NCBI GenBank assembly: GCA_963662335.2
Contig: CAXXVD010000002.1
Coordinates: forward strand, 736,001-800,000
DNA length: 64,000 nt
DNA from: Chloroflexota bacterium
GTDB lineage: Bacteria; Chloroflexota; UBA11872; VXOZ01
Direction: 5' to 3'
The notes beneath the pieces are model-generated. The model was not told the DNA's origin. It saw only the letters and a program-made list of their open reading frames with translations, and did no database searches. A program made the position numbers and the translations under genes. How positions within the stretch are numbered: position 1 is the stretch's first letter; every line of letters begins with the position of its first letter. Positions 49,760 to 57,030 of the stretch are shown one piece after another.

Positions 49760-50779
49760 ATGACCGATTCGGCAAACACAACAGCCGCCGAAGACCGCCC
49801 CCTGCTGCGGGTAGAGGGCTTGCGCAAGCATTTTCCCGCCGCCACCTCCCGCTTCCGGCGCAACCGGCGCTTCATCCACGCCGTGGACGACGTCAACTTC
49901 ACCCTGGGCCGGGGCGAAAGCCTGGGATTGGTGGGCGAATCCGGCTGCGGCAAGACCACGACCGGCAAGATGCTCGTGCGGCTAATAGACCCCACTGAAG
50001 GCCGCGTGCTCTTCGACGACGGCGCCGGCGAGCCGACGGACATCGCCACCCTGCGCGGCAAGCCCCTGAAGGAATTCCGGCGGCGCGCGCAGATGATCTT
50101 CCAAGACCCGTACGAGTCCATGAACCCCCGGCGCACGATCTACGACACCATCGCCGAGCCGCTCCAGGTGCAGCAGATCGGCACGCTGGTGGAGCGCATC
50201 GACCGCGTGACGGAAATGCTGGCGCTGGTGGGCCTGACGCCGCCGCGCGCCTTCCTCTTCCGCTACCCCCACGAACTCTCCGGCGGCCAGCGGCAGCGCG
50301 TGGCGATCGCGCGGGCGCTGGTGGTGGAGCCGTCGTTTGTGGTGGCCGACGAACCGACCTCCATGTTGGACGTCTCCGTGCGCACCGGCGTGATGCGGCT
50401 GATGGCGGACCTGGCCGAGGGCCTGGGCATCGGCTATCTCTACATCACCCACGACCTGGCGGTGGCGCGCTACATGTGCACCCGCATCGCGGTGATGTAT
50501 CTCGGCAAGATCGTGGAAATCGGCGATACGGAGGAAATCCTGCGCCGCCCGCAACACCCCTATACCCAGGCCCTGCTGTCCGCGGTGCCCGTCCCCGACC
50601 CCACCGTCACCCGCGCCCCGGTCAACATCAAAGGCGGCGTCACGACCCTCATCAACCCCCCGCCCCAATGCCGCTTCTACCCCCGCTGCCCCCAAGCCGA
50701 CAACTTCTGCCGCGACAACGACCACCCACCCCTGGAACGCAAAGGCCAGGAGCAAGAAGTGGCTTGCTACAAGGCGTAG
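49760..50779 (+). CDS. Opp/Dpp ABC ATP-binding protein (OppF-like)
   Basis: GESGCGKTT, FQDPY, YPHELSGGQRQR, ADEPTSMLD, CRFYPRC. Confidence 0.93.
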   Translation: MTDSANTTAAEDRPLLRVEGLRKHFPAATSRFRRNRRFIHAVDDVNFTLGRGESLGLVGESGCGKTTTGKMLVRLIDPTEGRVLFDDGAGEPTDIATLRGKPLKEFRRRAQMIFQDPYESMNPRRTIYDTIAEPLQVQQIGTLVERIDRVTEMLALVGLTPPRAFLFRYPHELSGGQRQRVAIARALVVEPSFVVADEPTSMLDVSVRTGVMRLMADLAEGLGIGYLYITHDLAVARYMCTRIAVMYLGKIVEIGDTEEILRRPQHPYTQALLSAVPVPDPTVTRAPVNIKGGVTTLINPPPQCRFYPRCPQADNFCRDNDHPPLERKGQEQEVACYKA

Positions 50780-50928
50780 CCAGCGGCGCAGTTGTTCAGC
50801 GACACTTTCGTTGCTAAAGTATGATGAGCGGGTCGAATGCACTCGCAGAAAGACATTACGTCATCGGATCGACTACAGCAACGAGAGCACTGGCATGAGA
50901 CGAGCGATCCAATGAACAAAGCACTTCT

Positions 50929-51798
50929 ATGCTAACGAAAACCGGAACTGTGACCTACCGTGCTCTCAGCCTGGGTGCAGGCGTGCAGAGTTCTGTGTTG
51001 GCACTTCTTCTGTCCCGATCCGACCCCGGCTTGCTCGAACTTGGCTACCCCAAACCAAATGTCGCCGTGTTTGCCGACACTGGTTGGGAACCAGAGTATG
51101 TTTACCGCCACCTTGACTGGCTTGAAGAGCAACTTGACTATCCGCTAATCCGCGTATCTGATGGCGACATAAAGACAAACCTGAAGCAGGGGCGCACGGT
51201 TTCGGGACACCGGTTTGTGGATGTACCGTTGTTTATGGTGAACCCGGATGGTAAGAAAGGCATGTTGCGGCGGCAGTGTACAAGCCATTATAAGGTTAGA
51301 CCCATCTATCGTGAGATTAGACAGCTTGCAGGTGGACAACGCGGGCGGCCATTCCCAAAAGACACGTACGCTGAAATGTGGCTTGGGATATCTCGGGACG
51401 AGGTGGCGCGTATCAAGCCCAGCCGAGAACCATGGGTTGAACACCGCTGGCCGCTTGTGGAACTTGGTATGTCGCGCCAGGACTGCCTAGAGTGGTTCGC
51501 TTCTGAATACCCGGGCCGTCACCTTCCCCGGTCAGCTTGCGTCATTTGTCCCTATCGCTCGGATGAACACTGGCTGGAACTAAAGCGGTCTGAGCCTGAC
51601 AGTTACAACGAGGCCGTGAAGTTCGATGTATGGCTGCGAAATAGCGCAACGAACCCCGTGAGGGAGATCCTCAACGGCCGTCCGTACCTTCATGCTGCGC
51701 GCCGACCTCTTGCTAGCGTCATCGCTGAACGGGAATCTGATGATTCAGACGCGAACGACTACTTTGTCGAGGAGTGCGAGGGCGTCTGCGGTGTATGA
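50929..51798 (+). CDS. PP-loop / PAPS-reductase-like (adenine nucleotide alpha hydrolase) protein with conserved-looking cysteines
   Basis: SLGAGVQSS PP-loop variant, FADTGWE, RQCT..YK..PI, GISRDE..R, WPLVE, PRSACVICPY, C-terminal CEGVCGV. Confidence 0.75.
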   Translation: MLTKTGTVTYRALSLGAGVQSSVLALLLSRSDPGLLELGYPKPNVAVFADTGWEPEYVYRHLDWLEEQLDYPLIRVSDGDIKTNLKQGRTVSGHRFVDVPLFMVNPDGKKGMLRRQCTSHYKVRPIYREIRQLAGGQRGRPFPKDTYAEMWLGISRDEVARIKPSREPWVEHRWPLVELGMSRQDCLEWFASEYPGRHLPRSACVICPYRSDEHWLELKRSEPDSYNEAVKFDVWLRNSATNPVREILNGRPYLHAARRPLASVIAERESDDSDANDYFVEECEGVCGV

Positions 51799-53053
51799 GG
51801 CGCACACGGAGACGGTTAGCCCCAAGTATTCGCTTCATCCGTACCAGCGGCAGGTGCTGACTGACATCTTGCAGGCCCTGTCATCGCCTGAGCGTCGGGT
51901 CGTTGCGCACTTGCCAACCGGCGCTGGCAAGACGAGAATTGCCGCCCATGCTGCGTGCCGGCTGCTCAACGAGAATGACAACTACGACAAGCGAAGTGAG
52001 GAGCCCCTTGTAATCTGGTCGGCGTCTACAGAGGAGCTTTGCGAACAGGCGGCAGACCAACTTTCAGAGGCGTGGTCGTATCTGGGTTTGCGGGATGCTT
52101 CCATTCACCGCTATTGGGGCAACCGGTCGCTAGACCTGCGGCGACTGTCTTCTGGGTTCTTGGTAACCGGTCTTGCTAAACTGCATTCCGTTGCGTCCCG
52201 AGATAACACACTACTTGCGCACCTGGCCCATTGTACGGCAGGTGTGATCTTTGACGAGGCCCACCAGGCAGTTGCCGAGACCTACGCTTTTGTCACTGAG
52301 CAGCTATGCAGCACGCGGCCGCCTCTCCTCGGCTTGACCGCAACACCGGGGCGCACCGCGAACCTTACGGATGCTGACCATCAGCTTGCCGCTATGTTCG
52401 ATTACAAGAAAGTGTCAATAGACCCTAGAGGACATGAGAGCGCCGTTGCCTACCTCATTCAGAATCGCTACCTGGCTGACACGCGCTTTGTGCCGGTGGA
52501 CTTTGACTCTGATTTTGCAGTCGCAGACCCTCGCCCCGGCCTGGACTATAGTCGGCATGACCTAGCTGAACTGGGCCGCGACGAGCGCCGGACACGTGTG
52601 ATCGCTGAACACGCTATGGGTGCCGTTAGACGGCATCAGCGCACTATTGTGTTCTGCCCCTCGGTGGAGAGCGCACATATGTGCAACCGGCTTCTCTTGG
52701 CTGAGGGCATGGCTACTCACGTGATTACTGCGAAAACGTCCAGCGAGGAACGCCAGGACATCATAGCCACTTTCAAGAGCGACAGTAGGGAGCACATGGT
52801 GTTGTTCAACTACGGCGTGCTTACCGCCGGTTTCGACGCTCCGCGAACTCGTTGTGTCATTATCGCTCGCCCTACCACTTCATTGGTGCTCTATTCGCAA
52901 ATGGCGGGGCGCGCAATGCGCGGCCCTAGAGCCGGCGGCAACCCAAGAGCCGAAATACTCACTGTTGTCGACACGAACCTTCCAGGGTTCGGGTCAGTGA
53001 CCGAGGCGTTCACAAACTGGGAGGAACTATGGAAGACCAACTCGCCGAACTAA
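51791..53053 (+). CDS. SF2 DEAH-box helicase (ResIII/Helicase_C type)
   Basis: LHPYQ, LPTGAGKT, FDEAHQ, GLTATPGR, VFCPSV, VLTAGFDAP, QMAGRAMR; start placed at GTG 51791, overlapping the upstream stop. Confidence 0.9.
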   Translation: MYEAHTETVSPKYSLHPYQRQVLTDILQALSSPERRVVAHLPTGAGKTRIAAHAACRLLNENDNYDKRSEEPLVIWSASTEELCEQAADQLSEAWSYLGLRDASIHRYWGNRSLDLRRLSSGFLVTGLAKLHSVASRDNTLLAHLAHCTAGVIFDEAHQAVAETYAFVTEQLCSTRPPLLGLTATPGRTANLTDADHQLAAMFDYKKVSIDPRGHESAVAYLIQNRYLADTRFVPVDFDSDFAVADPRPGLDYSRHDLAELGRDERRTRVIAEHAMGAVRRHQRTIVFCPSVESAHMCNRLLLAEGMATHVITAKTSSEERQDIIATFKSDSREHMVLFNYGVLTAGFDAPRTRCVIIARPTTSLVLYSQMAGRAMRGPRAGGNPRAEILTVVDTNLPGFGSVTEAFTNWEELWKTNSPN

Positions 53054-54891
53054 GAGATGCAGACCGCAGCCTGTTTCCAGGTAGTTTTACAATACGCGCC
53101 ATTAGGGACAGCCGATACCATAGTACCGCATATGCAATTGCCGAGCTTATTGACAACTCAGTCGAAGCAGGGGCGCCTTTAGTCGAACTCTTGTGCATGG
53201 AAGATTCTCAGTTGGCGGAGGTGCGGACTCGGCGACGAGTATCCGAAATTGCAGTCCTAGATAACGGTGAAGGCATGAGCGCAAGAACGTTACTCGACGC
53301 CCTCAAGTTTGGTGGAGGCACTCGGCACGACTCTAATACGGGAATCGGCAAGTACGGCATGGGACTTCCTACTTCTTCAATGTCTCAATGCAAGAAAGTG
53401 GATGTTTGGACTTGGCAGAACGGACTGGATTCTGCATTGCATTCTAGCATTGACGCCGACGAGATTGAGAAAGGAAACCACGAGGTACCTATTCCTAACC
53501 GAGATACTCCAATTCCCGATACATGGAGAAGCGCCGGCAGCGATGAGATATATCGCAGCCGCTCAGGGACCCTTGTCGTATGGAGTAATCTGGACAAGAT
53601 TCAGTGGAAGACTTCTAAGGCAATTATCGAGAACTTGTCCAGGGAGGTTGGGCGCATCCATCGGCATTACATCAATCAAGAAATACATAGGATTCAGGCT
53701 GCATCATTCCTAAAGGATCGGGCTAGCGAACTCAAAAACAGAATACGGATTGTGGCAAACGATCCTCTCTACTTGATGACGCCTTCATCTACTCCAGAGG
53801 GGTGGGATACCAAGGCGATGTTTCGGGAGTGGGGTCCCACTAAAGACTATACGGTCTGGGTGGATGACCGGGAAGCGGTTATTCAGGTGAAATACTCGAT
53901 TGTGAAAGCCGAAGCTTTGAAGACTGATAGTATTTCGCAGCTTCCTGGCAACACTGAACGTGGCAGGCATGCAAGACATAACATTGGCGTGTCGGTCGTG
54001 CGCGAGGATAGAGAGCTAGTGCTTGAAGACGCGTTTCTGAGAGAGGGTGGCAGCACTGAGAACCCGCAAAATCGTTGGTGGGGGTGTGAAGTTCTTTTCT
54101 TTCGCAATTGTGATGAGCTGTTTGGCGTAGACCACAATAAACAGATGGTTGCAAACTTCACGCAAGCGGCAAAGGCTCTCGCTCGAGATGACCGCCCTCA
54201 ACATCGCATACTTGAAGAGATCGGGATCGACGAAAATGACCCGCTATATGCATTGGTGGGTGACATTCGGAACCAGACACGTGCCATGATGCGTGAAATC
54301 GGACAGATGTTTACACAGCGACGAGGGACCCAAGGACCGCGCGGTCGCAGGGGAAGTCCCGAAAAAAAGGCCGCAAGGACGGCTACCGATGCAGACCGAG
54401 ATGCTATGGCTAGCGGTGAAGAAAAGCCGACCGAGACTGACAGAGAACGAATGCAAAAGCCGGCCAATCAGCGAGAAGATGGTCTCAAGGCACAGTTCAT
54501 CTCGTATGGTCAGGCAGAGCAAGATGCCCAGGATCTCGCAAGGATGCTGGTACAGGAGGATCTCTCGTACCAGTTCACCTCAAGAAACCTTCCCGGTTAC
54601 CAGATTTTCAATGTGGAACGAAAGGAGGGTGTCCTTCTAATCGAACTCAATACTGACCATCCAGTCTACGACTTGCTGAGGCATGTTGAAGGTCGACTCG
54701 ACGAGGAAGGTGACGAGAGCGATCCTGCATTCCAATCAATCGTCGCTATCAGACTCTTGTTGTCTTCTTGGGCCCGGATGGAAGACCAGACCGAGTCCGA
54801 TCCCGATCGAAGACACATTCAACACATTGCAATGGATTGGGGACGTCAGGTAGACAAGTTCATTAGTCAACTCCGTGAAAGAGATGGTTAG
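53029..54891 (+). CDS. MORC-type GHKL (HATPase_c_3) ATPase
   Basis: AIAELIDNS, DNGEGM, GIGKYGMGL..SS.S, GTLVVW; S5-like GVSVVREDREL; C-terminal IELNTDHPVY. Confidence 0.85.
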   Translation: MEDQLAELRDADRSLFPGSFTIRAIRDSRYHSTAYAIAELIDNSVEAGAPLVELLCMEDSQLAEVRTRRRVSEIAVLDNGEGMSARTLLDALKFGGGTRHDSNTGIGKYGMGLPTSSMSQCKKVDVWTWQNGLDSALHSSIDADEIEKGNHEVPIPNRDTPIPDTWRSAGSDEIYRSRSGTLVVWSNLDKIQWKTSKAIIENLSREVGRIHRHYINQEIHRIQAASFLKDRASELKNRIRIVANDPLYLMTPSSTPEGWDTKAMFREWGPTKDYTVWVDDREAVIQVKYSIVKAEALKTDSISQLPGNTERGRHARHNIGVSVVREDRELVLEDAFLREGGSTENPQNRWWGCEVLFFRNCDELFGVDHNKQMVANFTQAAKALARDDRPQHRILEEIGIDENDPLYALVGDIRNQTRAMMREIGQMFTQRRGTQGPRGRRGSPEKKAARTATDADRDAMASGEEKPTETDRERMQKPANQREDGLKAQFISYGQAEQDAQDLARMLVQEDLSYQFTSRNLPGYQIFNVERKEGVLLIELNTDHPVYDLLRHVEGRLDEEGDESDPAFQSIVAIRLLLSSWARMEDQTESDPDRRHIQHIAMDWGRQVDKFISQLRERDG

Positions 54892-54893
54892 TC

Positions 54894-55748
54894 GTGTCGT
54901 ATACCCACGGCGACTTGCTGGGAAGCCTTTGTGCCGGCGCGCAGCGCTTGATCATTGCAGCACCTTACATCAAGACTTATGCACTTGCTAGACTATTGGC
55001 AGAACTTGACCCACTGGCAACCCTAATTTGCGTTACGCGGTGGAACCCACACGACCTTGCCGTCGGTGCTTCCGATGCAGACTGTCGCGCTATAGTCTTG
55101 CGGCGGGGTGGATCCTTCAGACTGCATCCCTCCCTGCACGCCAAGTACTACCGTATTGATGACGTGGTTCTCATTGGCTCCGCGAATCTCACGGCTTCTG
55201 CATTAGGCTGGTCCGCACAACCAAACTTGGAGATTCTTTGCCGTGCCGTTGACAACTTTGACGCAAGCGCATTCCAGCAAGAATTGATGGACGGCTCGCG
55301 AGAGATTACTGACGAAGAATTCGCGTATTGGGAGTCGATTTCAAAGATCACGGCCCCAACTAACCAGCCAATTGCTGGCGGTCAGCCTGTGCTTGAAACG
55401 TGGAGACCTTCAACACGCGACCCGAGAAACGTAGAACTTGCCTATCAAGGCAGAGAAGACGACATAGCCTCACTTGATGAACAGAGTGCGGCGCAAAGGG
55501 ACATCCAAGCCCTTTTGATACCGCCGGGTCTGAACGATGAGCAGGTTCGTGCATGGGCATCGGGCTGCTTGCTCGCCGCCCCTTTTGCCAACTCCGTGAT
55601 GCGGCTGCATGGTATAGATACGCCAACCGCCTCCCGCATACTCGCCGAGAACTATAGCATCAACATTACCGAGGCGAGAAGAGACATGGAAACCGTGCAG
55701 AACTGGCTGGCGTTTCTCGCCCCGGAGGCCACCTCAAAGCTCCCTTGA
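54894..55748 (+). CDS. Phospholipase-D-family (single HKD) nuclease-like protein
   Basis: IAAPYI, LHAKYYRIDD (HxKxxxxD), IGSANLT, NLE; unrecognised helical C-terminal half. Confidence 0.82.
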   Translation: MSYTHGDLLGSLCAGAQRLIIAAPYIKTYALARLLAELDPLATLICVTRWNPHDLAVGASDADCRAIVLRRGGSFRLHPSLHAKYYRIDDVVLIGSANLTASALGWSAQPNLEILCRAVDNFDASAFQQELMDGSREITDEEFAYWESISKITAPTNQPIAGGQPVLETWRPSTRDPRNVELAYQGREDDIASLDEQSAAQRDIQALLIPPGLNDEQVRAWASGCLLAAPFANSVMRLHGIDTPTASRILAENYSINITEARRDMETVQNWLAFLAPEATSKLP

Positions 55749-55794
55749 GATGCGGTGAGCTTGTCTCTTACGCACCCAACAAGCTATTCCACTG

Positions 55795-56940
55795 TCAAAT
55801 GTCCATCACCGCCCCCGTATCGTCCCGCAGGTTCTTGAAGTAGGAAAAACTGCGCGGCGGGTTGGCGGCGATGACTTCCTCGTTCAGGTCTACGCCCAGG
55901 CCGGGCGAGTCGGGGACGTGGAGGTAGCCGTTCTGAATGGGCCAGGGCTGTTTCAGCACCCGGTCGCGGTAGGGTTGGCTGGGCACGTATTCCAACAGGT
56001 GGAAGTTGGGGACGCTCATGCCGATGTGGGCCGCGGCGGCGGTGGAGACCGGCCCCATGGGGTTGTGGGGCGCTACGAGCACGTGATGCACCTCGGCGAG
56101 CGCCGCGATCTTCTTCACCTCGGTAATGCCGCCGGCGTGGCAGAGGTCCGGCTGGATCACGTCCACGTACTGGCCCGCCAGCAGGGGCGCGAACTGCCAC
56201 TTGGTGAAGTAGCGTTCGCCGGTGGCCAGGTCGATGCCCAGTTCGCGGGCAGTCTCGGTCACAGGCCGAAAGGCTTCGATATTGTCCGGCGGCACCGGCT
56301 CCTCGAAGAACGTGATGCGGCTATCCCGCACGGCGTGCAGTTGGCGCACGGCCTGGGCCGGACGGCTCTTGCCGTGGTTGTCGAGCATGATGTCCACGTC
56401 CCGCCCGACGGCCTGGCGCAGGATGGCGATGCGTTCCCCCAAGAGCGCGGCGGCCTGATGGTCGCCCATGGGCGCGTCGGTAGCCCACGCGCCGGTCTTG
56501 AGCGCGGTGAAACCGGCGCCCACGAGTTGCGCCGCTTCCCGCGCGATGCGGTCGGCTTCGTAGATGCCGACGTGGGTGTAGAGGCGAATGCGGTCGCGGG
56601 CGGGCCCGCCGAGCAGATGGTAGACCGGCGCGCCGTAATGCTTGCCCTTGATGTCCCACAAGGCCTGGTCGATGCCCGCAATGGCGGTGCTGATGACCAC
56701 GCCGCCCTTCCAGAAGCCGTCCCGGTAGAGCGACTGCCAGAGACGCTCGGTCTCCAACGGGTCCTTGCCAATGAGCGCCTCGCCAAGCTGCCCAACCGCC
56801 GCCCGCACCGTGGCGTCCTTGCCTTCCAAGGTGGCCTCGCCCCAGCCGTAAAGCTCCGGCTCGTCGGTGGAAATCTTGACAAACACCCAATTGCGCGGGT
56901 CGCCCCACATGATGAAGGTGTCTACTGCGGTGATGCGCAC
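55795..56940 (-). CDS. dgoD: Galactonate dehydratase-like mandelate racemase/enolase-superfamily enzyme
   Basis: GWGEATLEG, AGIDQALWDIKGK, LDNHG, FFEEP, ATGER, QPDLCHAGG, APHNPMGP, PGLGVD; substrate not certain. Confidence 0.75.
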   Translation of the reverse strand: MRITAVDTFIMWGDPRNWVFVKISTDEPELYGWGEATLEGKDATVRAAVGQLGEALIGKDPLETERLWQSLYRDGFWKGGVVISTAIAGIDQALWDIKGKHYGAPVYHLLGGPARDRIRLYTHVGIYEADRIAREAAQLVGAGFTALKTGAWATDAPMGDHQAAALLGERIAILRQAVGRDVDIMLDNHGKSRPAQAVRQLHAVRDSRITFFEEPVPPDNIEAFRPVTETARELGIDLATGERYFTKWQFAPLLAGQYVDVIQPDLCHAGGITEVKKIAALAEVHHVLVAPHNPMGPVSTAAAAHIGMSVPNFHLLEYVPSQPYRDRVLKQPWPIQNGYLHVPDSPGLGVDLNEEVIAANPPRSFSYFKNLRDDTGAVMDI

Positions 56941-57030
56941 GAGCCATTCTCCTTCTCTCAATTGTTTGGCTTCGGGATGTACTTCTAGCGCAATCGTCAG
57001 CCTGTTCTTGTAGTGACTCTAGGTTAGAGC

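Noticed and set aside
50780-50928. att site or tRNA at the island boundary
   Set aside because: No tRNA-like fold and no direct repeat matching 55749-55794 found by eye
50929-55748. Calling the operon a canonical Dnd, Ssp, Pbe or DISARM system
   Set aside because: No DndD-like SMC ATPase, DndE, cysteine desulfurase, SspB/C, DUF1998 or methyltransferase; PP-loop protein lacks SGGKDS and is short
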